IMG/VR virus record: IMGVR_UViG_3300022602_000055
Strand: one strand, 5' to 3'
Origin: an uncultured virus (IMG/VR IMGVR_UViG_3300022602_000055)
Taxonomy: Duplodnaviria > Heunggongvirae > Uroviricota > Caudoviricetes
DNA: 64,000 nt
Each line of letters starts with the position of its first letter. Position 1 is the stretch's first letter. Positions 45,317 to 54,668 of this stretch are shown one piece after another. The notes under the pieces are model-generated. The model saw only the letters and a program-made list of their open reading frames with translations. It was not told the origin of the DNA and did not search any database. The translations under genes were made by a program, and so were the position numbers.

Positions 45317-47144
45317 CTCCAGTCAATCCTGAGATTCCCGTTAATTTTTTAGGAGATGTAGTTGAAGTATTTCCTACTCCATTTTGTTGAGAAACAGATG
45401 CAGTAGACATCAAAACAAATGACAAATCAACCTGAGTAGTAATAGGAATCATGTCTTGAGTAAACTTTTCATGCGTTATATTTAGAGAGTTTAAATACCC
45501 TAAATACTTTTTAGGACCAATTTGAATTTGTACTAAAGTCATAGATAGGAAGCCAATATCTGAAGTATTTCCAGATATAGGGTTACTCCATCCATCTCCA
45601 TTTATGGTTTTGTATAGATATTCTAAATCAGCAATGGTTCCGTACTTCATTAGATTAAGAATCTTTTGGTCAACAGTGTTTGTTGAGTTTATTCCTTTGG
45701 AATCTTGCGTCCAATCTGCTCCACCCGCAGTTTGAACGTTGTAGTAGCTCTTTATTTTTGATAGGTCATTTCCAGCGGCTTTGTAGGTAGCAAAATCATT
45801 TGTTCTATCTAAAATAACGCTAACAGCTAATGATTCCCAGCTAGGGTACACAGGAATAGCTGTAGCCCAAAACATTTGTGAGTTTGGAGTAGCGTCCTGA
45901 TTAATTTGAACAGATACGCTATAAGATTCTGGGTTCCATAAGAATTGAAAACCATATTTGTTATTTCCAGCAACAGCCCCTTTTTTTGCAGATGCTGTTG
46001 AGTAGGTAGCATTTGTAAAGCTTTGATTACTATCTGCGTAGTACCAAAACCTCCCTCTTCTTTCTAAATCATCTGTACCTTTGTGCACATAGTCACCGCT
46101 AGTATTAGTAGGAATAGGCAGACTAGAGTTGTGTGGTGGAAGATTAAAATCACAGTCTTTAGGTTGTATAGGTATAAATGTAAAGTCTCCACCGCCTAAA
46201 GGATTTTTTGTGTTCTTATTATTAGCAGCTGAGCTTGTAGTGGATATGGTAGATGTAGGGGAAGGTGCTGTAAATGATTGACCAGTTATGCTATTAATAG
46301 TACTTACATAGGTAGCTATGGCGTTTGTGTAAGCTGCTTTTCCATTATTTATTTGTGAAGCTAAGCTAGCGTATTTTGCTACTATTTCTTTAAAATTTGT
46401 TTGATAGTCAGTCAATTGCGCGTATACATCATTTTTTTGCTGTTGTGTAGCATCAGGGCTTGTTACAACCGCGTTATACATCGCCTTCAAGTAGTTTAAT
46501 ACAGCACTATCTTGATAGTAGTCATACGCCCATTTTAAAGGAACTGTTACTGTAAGGCTTCCTCCGTATACAGGAGTTCCCCCTCCAACTTTTGTTGCAC
46601 CTGCACTTGACCACGGATTAGTTATATTGCCAATAATAGTGGAGTTGTAACTAAAATCATGTACATGTCTTGCAGCGTATGTATCAAACAAGCCACTTGC
46701 ATTTCCAGCAAAACCCGTATACCCAGTCCAAGCTTCTGTGTGAGAAGCGTTGTAGTAAAGACCGCCATAAAAAGTTATGGTAACTTCATTAGCAGCGGAA
46801 GCTCCTTGATACCAAACTGAAGAATCTGGATACTTCACAGAAGGTGCTACAGTTCCATTATTGTAACTTGAAGTCGCCCCACCAGTATTAAATGTAATAT
46901 ACGCACTAGGTCCGTTAATTAAGGTAGGAACGTTAGGATAACTATTTGGAAGAATAGTTGGTGAATACACAATAGCATTTTGAACATTTATCGCAGAGGC
47001 AATCATTTTTTGCGCGTCTTGTGTTTGCGAGTTTAATGTGTTGTTTGCATTCTTTACAGCAGTAAAATCTTTAGGGTTTAGGACTAACCATGTGCTTAAA
47101 AAGCTTTTAATTACTGGTATAGAGGTATATGTAGGGGTTGTCAT
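45297..47144 (-). CDS. Tail tube initiator-like structural protein
   Basis: GFQFLWNP...LDRTND...FTQDMIP; between tape measure and LysM genes. Confidence 0.65.
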   Translation of the reverse strand: MTTPTYTSIPVIKSFLSTWLVLNPKDFTAVKNANNTLNSQTQDAQKMIASAINVQNAIVYSPTILPNSYPNVPTLINGPSAYITFNTGGATSSYNNGTVAPSVKYPDSSVWYQGASAANEVTITFYGGLYYNASHTEAWTGYTGFAGNASGLFDTYAARHVHDFSYNSTIIGNITNPWSSAGATKVGGGTPVYGGSLTVTVPLKWAYDYYQDSAVLNYLKAMYNAVVTSPDATQQQKNDVYAQLTDYQTNFKEIVAKYASLASQINNGKAAYTNAIATYVSTINSITGQSFTAPSPTSTISTTSSAANNKNTKNPLGGGDFTFIPIQPKDCDFNLPPHNSSLPIPTNTSGDYVHKGTDDLERRGRFWYYADSNQSFTNATYSTASAKKGAVAGNNKYGFQFLWNPESYSVSVQINQDATPNSQMFWATAIPVYPSWESLAVSVILDRTNDFATYKAAGNDLSKIKSYYNVQTAGGADWTQDSKGINSTNTVDQKILNLMKYGTIADLEYLYKTINGDGWSNPISGNTSDIGFLSMTLVQIQIGPKKYLGYLNSLNITHEKFTQDMIPITTQVDLSFVLMSTASVSQQNGVGNTSTTSPKKLTGISGLTGGGARGD

Positions 47145-49210
47145 TTCTTAGTAACTCCTGCCTGTTTTAAAGCTTTGGTAACTGCTTCTTGAACAATCTG
47201 TGCTGTCTTAGAGGCTGCGTGTGGGTCTGTTCCAGCAGGTACATTTACCGCAATGTTTACTACTGGGGCTCCCGTACTTCCAGTCTGACTATTATTTAAC
47301 CACGAATATCCTGAACCACTGTAGAGTCCGTTTACTCCTAAGTTGGAGTCAGATGAAGAAGAAGATGCCATACCACCCTTATAGCGACCAGCATCCCAAG
47401 ATGAGCTTTGAAGAGCTTTTAGGAAATCAGCCTGTGACATATTTCCAGAGCGCAACGCATTAACTATGTTTGTATACCCTCTAGATGAGGCGTTAGCCCC
47501 AGTAAGCGTACCTACTGTAGCTTGAAGACCCTGTTGCCAAGAGTTATAGGCTTGGACCCCTGACCCAGACTTGCCAGTATTGAAATTTACAGAGTCAGCA
47601 AATTGATAAGAAGTGTTAAGGGGATTGTATTTGGCTGTGTTGTGCCAGTTTCCACCCTCCATGTTTTCCCACATGGTTAAATCAGCAATGTTTTGAGAGG
47701 TTAGTGGCGCTCCTAAAGCGCCCAGCAACATAGAGGCAAACCCACCTTGGGTTACCCCCCCGCCACCAGACCGACCAATGATGTGGTTAGGAATAATTGT
47801 TCCATTGCTTTCAGGAACAAAGAGCTCTGGACCTTTTTCACCAACGATGTAAGGAACTTTACCACCTACTGGACCACCCGCTGCCTTTCCAGTTAGAATG
47901 CTTGTTATAGTACGCATGGTTGCAGAGTCTATACCACTGGTAAGAGCCCCATCTGCAAGTAAACCACCGCCTAGAGGGTCGAGCAGTTCTCCACCTAAAA
48001 AAGTAGCGATTTTTTCTGTGTCGGAGAGAGCACCGCCTTTAAAAAATCCTTTAATAAGACTTCCAGCTTTTGATAAGAGACTTCCCCCCACTACGCCAGC
48101 AGCCGTACCTAAAGCACTACTAGCTCCTGTACCAATACCGCCCATTAAAGTACTTCCAAAGCCGTATGCCTTTAACTCTGGTCCAAGATTTTTTGCAACT
48201 TTAGCAAACTCATTAGCAGCTCCAGTTAACGTCTTAAGAGCAGCAGCAGTTCCAGCATTTATATCTGCTTGACTTGCTTGAGTAACTCCAAGTAATGATG
48301 TGTTGTAGGCGCTTTGCGCGTTAGTAACTGCAGTAAGAAGACCTGCGTTTGTAAGTTGAGACTTAGTTGCGTTTGCGGGAAGTCCTTTTGCTTTAGCAAA
48401 AAGTTTAGCAATAATGATTTGCTTTAAACCGTCATCTTGAATATAAGACTGAAGGATGTAATAAAGTTGGTTTCCTGGTTGCAAAGAACCCATCAAATAC
48501 GCCATTGCTTCAGAGGAGCTTCCCTGTAATGGCGGGGTTTCTTGCCAGATTTTTTCTACAAAGTCATTTGCAATAGATTGAGGGTCATTCATCAAACCAT
48601 TTGAGCCTCGAACATTGATTCCAATTTGCTTTAAACGATTTACGCTCATACCTTGGTCTAATGAGGCTGCAGCCTGTGCTGTTCCAGCAAGACCAAGTCC
48701 TGGAGCATAGTTAGATAAAGATGCTACTCCACGACCTACTTGGTTGATGTTATATACACCAGAACCTTGTAGAGCAGATATTGCTTGTACAGCATCTTGA
48801 GAATTTAGTGCAGTTCCACCAGCAGAGATTGTTCGTTGTAGATTTCCTGTTTGACCAAAGCTCATTCCGCTAAAGAAACCTTGGCGTGAAGTAGAGAGTT
48901 GGTATGCAGCAGCGGCGGCTGGGCTCGGCAGCATGTTTGCTGCTGCGCTGACTCCTGCTACACCTAAGGAACCAAGTACTTCACCTACAGTACTAAGAAT
49001 TCCTCCGCCATTAAACTTTGGGTAAGCGACAGTGCCATTAGCGCCACCGCCTGGGTTTGACATACTTCCACCCGTAGCGGTACCAGCAGCTTGATTGGCT
49101 CCTGCAATGCCTGTGTGAATTGAGTTAGCGTATTTTCCAGCTGCTTCGAGATTTTTGGCAAGCTTGTCTGTAAGGGCGACTAAGTCAACAAGGTCTTGAC
49201 GCTTTGCCAT
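47141..49210 (-). CDS. Tape measure protein with C-terminal lysozyme-like domain
   Basis: Ala/Gly-rich; YIVGEKGPELFVP; WENMEGG...YNPLNT. Confidence 0.8.
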   Translation of the reverse strand: MAKRQDLVDLVALTDKLAKNLEAAGKYANSIHTGIAGANQAAGTATGGSMSNPGGGANGTVAYPKFNGGGILSTVGEVLGSLGVAGVSAAANMLPSPAAAAAYQLSTSRQGFFSGMSFGQTGNLQRTISAGGTALNSQDAVQAISALQGSGVYNINQVGRGVASLSNYAPGLGLAGTAQAAASLDQGMSVNRLKQIGINVRGSNGLMNDPQSIANDFVEKIWQETPPLQGSSSEAMAYLMGSLQPGNQLYYILQSYIQDDGLKQIIIAKLFAKAKGLPANATKSQLTNAGLLTAVTNAQSAYNTSLLGVTQASQADINAGTAAALKTLTGAANEFAKVAKNLGPELKAYGFGSTLMGGIGTGASSALGTAAGVVGGSLLSKAGSLIKGFFKGGALSDTEKIATFLGGELLDPLGGGLLADGALTSGIDSATMRTITSILTGKAAGGPVGGKVPYIVGEKGPELFVPESNGTIIPNHIIGRSGGGGVTQGGFASMLLGALGAPLTSQNIADLTMWENMEGGNWHNTAKYNPLNTSYQFADSVNFNTGKSGSGVQAYNSWQQGLQATVGTLTGANASSRGYTNIVNALRSGNMSQADFLKALQSSSWDAGRYKGGMASSSSSDSNLGVNGLYSGSGYSWLNNSQTGSTGAPVVNIAVNVPAGTDPHAASKTAQIVQEAVTKALKQAGVTKK

Positions 49211-49357
49211 TTACATACCTCTCCTAGAACGTTCTAACCAATTTTTTCTTTCCCTAAAGGAAAGACTTCGTAAATCGCTTAGGCTCCAGTGAAATGCTCG
49301 TGTGAGTACTTCATACTGGTCCATAAGGTTTTCGTAGTCAGTTTCCTTATAGTCGAA
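49211..49357 (-). CDS. Tail assembly chaperone C-terminal (GT-like) segment, likely expressed by frameshift
   Basis: +1 frame open from TTT CGA: DYKETDYENLMDQYEVLTRAFHWSLSDLRSLSFRERKNW. Confidence 0.6.
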   Translation of the reverse strand, partial: FDYKETDYENLMDQYEVLTRAFHWSLSDLRSLSFRERKNWLERSRRGM

Positions 49358-50138
49358 ACAAGGAGGCGAGACTTAGTGGCAAATCAACTTCTGTGCCACA
49401 TGCCTCGCAAGCCTTGGTCACCTCCCCGAGGCGCGGACCTGGGTTGTGCTCGACTATCTCTCTAATAAGAGTTTCGCGGTCTAGTATTCCGAGTTCTAAG
49501 ACGGTGTTCGGTGTTGTAGGGGAGTCGTTTAAACTAACAACGCATCCCGCAAGAATCATTGTATTCAATTCTGCCAAAGATTTGTCGGAATTATCCATAA
49601 CTTTTCTTTGGGTAATGCCATTAGGTAGAGCTACTTGAGCTCTTCCAGCTTTAATCGGGACTGTCCAAACCCTATCGGCTTGGTTTTCAAGTTCCCGTAC
49701 TTCAACATCTTTATCTAGGTCAATGGTAAATTCTTGAGGCTTTTCACATCCAGAGCAGTAAGCTGTGAATTCAGCGTCCTTTCCAAATGTTACTTTCCTA
49801 ATACCTAGCAAGATAGCGTCTCTGTCTCCAGAAAGCATTACGTCAAAATCTTCTTTTACAGGGGTTCTCTCCCCTAAAGTTACTAACCCTCTTTGAAGGA
49901 TAGTTAAAAGAGCCTTTGATGTACTACCTGACTTAGCAATAGCCTCTTCATCTAAACCATTTAGTTCTCTGACTTCAGCGGTTTTAATTACGCTTCCGTC
50001 TTTATTGAGAATTCCTCCTGGCAGATTTACGAGAGTATCAGCTGGTGCCTCAGTAGCAATATTAAGTTGCTCTTGAGGACCAGCTGTTAGCTCTTCTGCA
50101 AGTTTATTGATTACTCGTGGGTCCGAAGTTTGTGGCAC
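49347..50138 (-). CDS. Tail assembly chaperone / T4 gp26-like baseplate hub assembly protein
   Basis: VRELNGLDEE, GDRDAILLGIR, two CxxC; between tube and tape measure. Confidence 0.75.
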   Translation of the reverse strand: MPQTSDPRVINKLAEELTAGPQEQLNIATEAPADTLVNLPGGILNKDGSVIKTAEVRELNGLDEEAIAKSGSTSKALLTILQRGLVTLGERTPVKEDFDVMLSGDRDAILLGIRKVTFGKDAEFTAYCSGCEKPQEFTIDLDKDVEVRELENQADRVWTVPIKAGRAQVALPNGITQRKVMDNSDKSLAELNTMILAGCVVSLNDSPTTPNTVLELGILDRETLIREIVEHNPGPRLGEVTKACEACGTEVDLPLSLASLFRL

Positions 50139-50159
50139 GAATTATGCTCCTTTAGTTAA

Positions 50160-50786
50160 TTATAAAGTTGTTGAGTATCCCGATGTCAGCGCATTGGTCG
50201 CACCATCAGTAAAGAAAACATCCAGACCTTCGTGAACAAGGGTAATTTGTTCGAAAAGAATGTTGTTATCAGTACCGTTAAGGTCTGTGTAGTTTAGCGA
50301 AGTAATCCAAGCATTGTGTGCTGTAAAGACAACGCGAGATGTCTGTCCACCAGGTCCAGTTGAATTTGTTGTTGTGGATGGGTGGTCTAGTACATAGATT
50401 TTTACATCTAAACGGAAGTCTGCTCCAGCAACTGAAATACCAGAACCAGCTGCAGCAGCAAAAAGACCGCGCATCCAGTTAATGGCTTGGTCCTGTCCAT
50501 AAATCATTCCTCGGTTAAAAACAAGTGGTTGGAAAGAAGTTGTTCCAGGAATCTGGTGAACAGTGGTGTTGTACCCACCCTCACGATAAGCAATAGCTTG
50601 GGTATTAATCGTCAATCCAGTAACGCTGGTAAAACCACCGCTGAAGCTGGTCAACGCATTAGAGCCAGTAGTAAAGACCGTACCACCATTAAGTGATGGA
50701 CTAAACTCTACGAAATATTTAAAATTGCGTAGCGGGTCTGTAGCTCTGGCACTCCAGTTGTTAGTAATTGCTGAATTAGTTGCCAT
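50160..50786 (-). CDS. Tail tube protein (T4 gp19-like)
   Basis: DPLRNFKY, YREGG, NAW, EQITLVHEG. Confidence 0.9.
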   Translation of the reverse strand: MATNSAITNNWSARATDPLRNFKYFVEFSPSLNGGTVFTTGSNALTSFSGGFTSVTGLTINTQAIAYREGGYNTTVHQIPGTTSFQPLVFNRGMIYGQDQAINWMRGLFAAAAGSGISVAGADFRLDVKIYVLDHPSTTTNSTGPGGQTSRVVFTAHNAWITSLNYTDLNGTDNNILFEQITLVHEGLDVFFTDGATNALTSGYSTTL

Positions 50787-50797
50787 TATTTATCTCC

Positions 50798-52384
50798 TCA
50801 GGATGTCGTGATTACTGTGCCACCATCATATTGAGCAATATTGATGACAACATATTCGGCTGGACGTTGCAGTGCTACACCAACGTTGATATTGACAGTT
50901 CCGCTATCAATAGTCTGAATGGTGTTATTTGTTGAGTCACAAACTACATAGAAGGCTTGAGCAGGAGTATCTCCACGCAAACCACCTTGACGCCAGAATT
51001 GGTTCAAGAAGTTTGCGACAGTTGCGTTGATGCTGCGCCATAGCTTAGGGTCGTTTGGCTCAAAGATGGCATACTTGGTAAGGTCGTTAAGAGCCTTTTC
51101 CAAATAGATAAGGGTACGGCGAATTGGGATGTATCGGTCTACATAACCTTGCTTAATGGTACGAGCACCCATGATTACAATTCCAGCACCATTTACATAA
51201 CGAATGGCATTTACTGGAACACCAGCAGTTCCACCACTCGCTAGCAAGTCTAGGTCTGCGTTTGTAATGTTTTGAACCGATACTGCTCCACCAATGCGGG
51301 TTTGAGTACCTGCAGGAGCTTTAAATACTCCTGGGTTACCGCGAGACTTATCGGTAGCAAGATACTGAGCAATTACAGCAGCGCCTGGTGCAATGTTCTT
51401 TGTAGCACCTGCAGCGTTAGATGTTGGGTCTGCAATCGTGATGTATGGGTAGTAGATAGCTGCAAAAGATGTAATTGGGCTGTATGCAGAGGCAAGAGAA
51501 AGAGTATCCGCTACGTCTGTTGTCTGAGTTGTTGAGTTAAAGTATGGGTCAATAACCAAGAAACAGTCTGTACGAGCAGAAGTTGTTCCAGCGTTTACAT
51601 AGTTAAGCATAGTGTTAACCGCTGAGTTATCTCCTGAAGATGCGCCAATTCCTGGGGCGTTGATGATAAGGCTTTGAGCGATGGAGTCAAAGTTAGTAAT
51701 AGCGGTAGCAACTGCTGAACTTGTTTGTCCACCAGAGCCGTTTGTTCCGCCAGATAGTTGTTGACCAGACACTGCATATGGAGCTTTTCCTGGCTCACCG
51801 CTAGTATCACCGTCATCAACTACAGTAATCCAAGGAGATACCCCATTGATTACCTGTGGAGCATAGCGTGAATTAGTAGCATCCATAGAGAGGTCTGTGT
51901 ATTTTTCTACAGTGCTGTTTTGAGCTGAGCTACCGTAGTAAACAACGAGAGTGAATGTTGTTGAAGTAGTACTTTGCTTTAGGACATCAACATAGAGATT
52001 GTTTCCCCATGAGCCTGAGCTAAGAGCATTAATCTTTAAAGTATACGTGGAGCCTTGGCTATTGCCAGCTCCGCTTGAGTCATAAAGCTGTGCATAGGCG
52101 GTAGTGGCGCCAGATGCAGCTACGCGTTGAATGTAGCAAGCTCCTCCACCATTTCCTACCAAGAATGAGTTTACAGCAAGGCGAAGGGTATCTGTTGAGT
52201 CGTATGCCCAGTTGCCATAAAGTTGAGTGAACTGAGTCCAAGATGTAACAAGTGTCGGTGTGGTTGGACCTTGGTTGATTGCACCTAGAAACGCAGCGTA
52301 AGTGTTTGTTGTTGCGCCTAGCGATGGTGGTGTTGGATTCAGTGTTTCTGAAATATACACACCAGGGCGTTGGTAAACTGCCAT
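50798..52384 (-). CDS. Tail sheath protein
   Basis: RPGVYISE, FKAPAG, GART, FEPND, RPAEYV. Confidence 0.95.
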   Translation of the reverse strand: MAVYQRPGVYISETLNPTPPSLGATTNTYAAFLGAINQGPTTPTLVTSWTQFTQLYGNWAYDSTDTLRLAVNSFLVGNGGGACYIQRVAASGATTAYAQLYDSSGAGNSQGSTYTLKINALSSGSWGNNLYVDVLKQSTTSTTFTLVVYYGSSAQNSTVEKYTDLSMDATNSRYAPQVINGVSPWITVVDDGDTSGEPGKAPYAVSGQQLSGGTNGSGGQTSSAVATAITNFDSIAQSLIINAPGIGASSGDNSAVNTMLNYVNAGTTSARTDCFLVIDPYFNSTTQTTDVADTLSLASAYSPITSFAAIYYPYITIADPTSNAAGATKNIAPGAAVIAQYLATDKSRGNPGVFKAPAGTQTRIGGAVSVQNITNADLDLLASGGTAGVPVNAIRYVNGAGIVIMGARTIKQGYVDRYIPIRRTLIYLEKALNDLTKYAIFEPNDPKLWRSINATVANFLNQFWRQGGLRGDTPAQAFYVVCDSTNNTIQTIDSGTVNINVGVALQRPAEYVVINIAQYDGGTVITTS

Positions 52385-52395
52385 TGGTTATCTCC

Positions 52396-53058
52396 TTAAC
52401 CTATTGAAGTGGATGTGACCGTCTGTTGAATCGGAGTGAAGCCCGTAGGTATCGTTGTTGGGTCCGTAGTAATATTGACGGTCTGGACAAGTGCCAAAGC
52501 CGCTGCTGTAGATGCGTCTTGAGTCATTTCTGTCAAAACACGCACAGTAATGATATTCCTATAGAGACGACGATTGTCCGCAATCGTGTCCCTTTTTGCA
52601 TAACTCTCCATAAACATATGACGCCATTCGTATACGCTTCCATCTGAGTTAGGCAAAGGTAGAAAGCCCCATTTACCTGGGGTATAGGTCTGAAGCATTT
52701 GCTTCATAATCTCTCGGTCATGGCGAGGATGGCGTGAGTAAGTGCTGATTTGATAATAAAGGTCCCAAGCAACAGGGGCATCGTAGCTATAGACAATGTT
52801 TGGGTTGGCAACAACTTGACCGCCTAAGTCATTACTGTAGATAGTTCCGCCACCAACTTGGCGTTCTTTAGACTGAACCATGTCAATAAGTTCAAGCGTA
52901 ATGAAGGGGAACGTCATGCTCTGAAGTTCGATATCAGGCATGGTGAACCATGTCTTTACGGAACGAGCTGAGCTTTTTCCATCAGATACTGTGATTCCGC
53001 TAATCCAGTTTTTAAGAGCTTCATCTTCTCTTAAAAGGAATGTAGTCTCTATGCTCAT
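52396..53058 (-). CDS. Tail terminator / Pvc16-like protein
   Basis: FPFITL, DLYYQISTYSRHPRHD; upstream of sheath. Confidence 0.6.
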   Translation of the reverse strand: MSIETTFLLREDEALKNWISGITVSDGKSSARSVKTWFTMPDIELQSMTFPFITLELIDMVQSKERQVGGGTIYSNDLGGQVVANPNIVYSYDAPVAWDLYYQISTYSRHPRHDREIMKQMLQTYTPGKWGFLPLPNSDGSVYEWRHMFMESYAKRDTIADNRRLYRNIITVRVLTEMTQDASTAAALALVQTVNITTDPTTIPTGFTPIQQTVTSTSIG

Positions 53059-53384
53059 TCAAACACATCCGACTTCATAAGAGATGCGATAATAGCGTCT
53101 TCGACAATGTCGTGGATTTTATCTATGATGGCTGTTTTAAAAGTACGTTGAGCTGGTTGAGAGGGTTTTCCTACATAACCGTTTTCAAGATTAAAAACTT
53201 GCTCATCCAAAGAAACTGGGTAGTCATAACCGTATCCGCCTTCTTCAAAGACTACGGAGATTTCTTTTGCGGTTTTTTCGCCCCACCCATGCTTAAGAGC
53301 ATGGAGTCTGAACATATCGGTAAGCTCTGGAAGAGACTTAGTTACCAGCTTTTCTTGTTCTTCTTTGTAGTTAACGGCGCCCAC
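53055..53384 (-). CDS. Hypothetical (neck/tail completion-like) protein
   Basis: ORF in tail operon. Confidence 0.55.
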   Translation of the reverse strand: MGAVNYKEEQEKLVTKSLPELTDMFRLHALKHGWGEKTAKEISVVFEEGGYGYDYPVSLDEQVFNLENGYVGKPSQPAQRTFKTAIIDKIHDIVEDAIIASLMKSDVFE

Positions 53385-53526
53385 GTTTAGCGATAGCCCT
53401 TCCCAAAAGAACAGCTGCTGTAACCGCTAGCCAGTTATTACGATTTTCCCTTGCGTCAGGAAGATTTTGGAAAATGGTGTTCTCAAAGTCATCTTTATCT
53501 AGACGAGAAATCTTTGGGTTTGCCAC
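53371..53526 (-). CDS. Small hypothetical protein
   Basis: AGGAG RBS before GTG53526. Confidence 0.6.
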   Translation of the reverse strand: MANPKISRLDKDDFENTIFQNLPDARENRNNWLAVTAAVLLGRAIAKRGRR

Positions 53527-53603
53527 TGTAATAACTCCTAAGGAAAGCAGGTGTTCGCAAGGGTAGAGCCGTAACCACCGCACGGTGAATACTCTTTAAG
53601 TAT

Positions 53604-53632
53604 AAAGAAAAAGCCCCGATTTCTCGGGGCTA
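53604..53632 (-). terminator. Intrinsic terminator
   Basis: AGCCCCGAG-AAA-TCGGGGCT TTTTCTTT on the - strand. Confidence 0.8.
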
Positions 53633-53636
53633 ACTC

Positions 53637-53825
53637 TTACTTCTTTTTCTTATTTTTAGTGACAATCTTCTTGACAAGAGCTTTATCCATGCTCTTATCT
53701 CTAGCACGAGATGGCTTCTTCTTGTCCATCTTCTTATCGTCTTTATCAAACTCTTTCTTTTCAGCAGGGCTTAGCTTTTTAGTGAGCTCTGCATCCTGCT
53801 CTTTATCTGACATTTTCTTAGCCAT
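53637..53825 (-). CDS. Lys-rich small protein
   Basis: 62 aa, extremely Lys/Asp-rich. Confidence 0.7.
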   Translation of the reverse strand: MAKKMSDKEQDAELTKKLSPAEKKEFDKDDKKMDKKKPSRARDKSMDKALVKKIVTKNKKKK

Positions 53826-53959
53826 TACTTCTTCTTACCCATTTTCTTCATCCCTGAGGTGGCTTTTGAGCCCATCTTAGGAGTAGCCTTAGAAGCCTTA
53901 CCCTTGCCATAGCCAGGAGCCTTCTTATCCTTCATCCCACATCCGCATGTAGCGCACAT
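53825..53959 (-). CDS. Lys-rich microprotein MCATCGC...
   Basis: Hand-translated 44 aa; TAATG coupling. Confidence 0.7.
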   Translation of the reverse strand: MCATCGCGMKDKKAPGYGKGKASKATPKMGSKATSGMKKMGKKK

Positions 53960-53961
53960 AG

Positions 53962-54141
53962 TTACTTACCCTTCTTTTCGTCACGCTTGCCCTTTTGAGC
54001 AAGCTTTTCCATTTTCTTTACGCCGTATTTCTTCATACCTGCAGCAGCAGCTACTGCAGCTGGGTTCTTTGCTCCAGAAGCTTTAGCTTCCTTTTTAACT
54101 TTTTTAAACTTGGCGCCAGAGCCTAGTTTAGCCTTTGCCAC
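53962..54141 (-). CDS. Lys/Ala-rich microprotein MAKAKLGSG...
   Basis: Hand-translated 59 aa; AGGAG RBS. Confidence 0.75.
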   Translation of the reverse strand: MAKAKLGSGAKFKKVKKEAKASGAKNPAAVAAAAGMKKYGVKKMEKLAQKGKRDEKKGK

Positions 54142-54142
54142 T

Positions 54143-54265
54143 TTATTTCTCCTTCTTTACTGTCTCAGGCAACTTGCCCTTGGAGGTCTTATCTTCCCAT
54201 TCCCGCGCCATCTCAGGATGGGTAGCTCACATGAATTCACGCTGTCGTTGGGATTTAAACGGCAT
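54143..54265 (-). pseudogene. MPFKS-type microprotein gene with in-frame TGA at codon 13
   Basis: MPFKSQRQREFM*ATHPEMAREWEDKTSKGKLPETVKRRK. Confidence 0.6.
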
Positions 54266-54354
54266 TATGACTTCTTTGTTATGCTCTTTGAACTCTTAGA
54301 TGAGGTTGTTGAGATACTAATAGTCTGACCAGATTTAGCTACGCGGATACTCAC
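54265..54354 (-). CDS. 29-aa Ser/Lys-rich microprotein
   Basis: GTGA and TAATG overlaps at the two ends. Confidence 0.5.
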   Translation of the reverse strand: MSIRVAKSGQTISISTTSSKSSKSITKKS

Positions 54355-54659
54355 GCTGATGTAACTTTCAGAAGAGCTACCTTAGGAGAGCCAGAAGCAG
54401 CGATGGCGTATACAACTTCGTTAGGTCCAAGGCTGTCAATAGTAGCTGATTGACCCGCAGACAAAGAGATTCCGTAAGAGGTTGAAGTTACTCCAGCGCC
54501 TCCGATGTATACAACAATAGAGGCGTCAGTATTTTGAATTGCGATGCTTCCATATTGCCACGCATTGCGAATTTCTACTCCCGTATAAACAGGTGCGTCT
54601 GTATTAAGAGCAGTGGCGGTTGAGCTGTTAAGCGTAACAACCGAGTGTGTAAGTGCCAT
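54351..54659 (-). CDS. Virion structural (beta-rich) protein
   Basis: AAGGA RBS; jelly-roll-like composition. Confidence 0.65.
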   Translation of the reverse strand: MALTHSVVTLNSSTATALNTDAPVYTGVEIRNAWQYGSIAIQNTDASIVVYIGGAGVTSTSYGISLSAGQSATIDSLGPNEVVYAIAASGSPKVALLKVTSA

Positions 54660-54668
54660 GAGTTTCCT

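Noticed and set aside
54227..54229. Genome-wide TGA recoding
   Set aside because: Many genes end in TGA with ATGA/GTGA overlaps, and long genes are uninterrupted under code 11.
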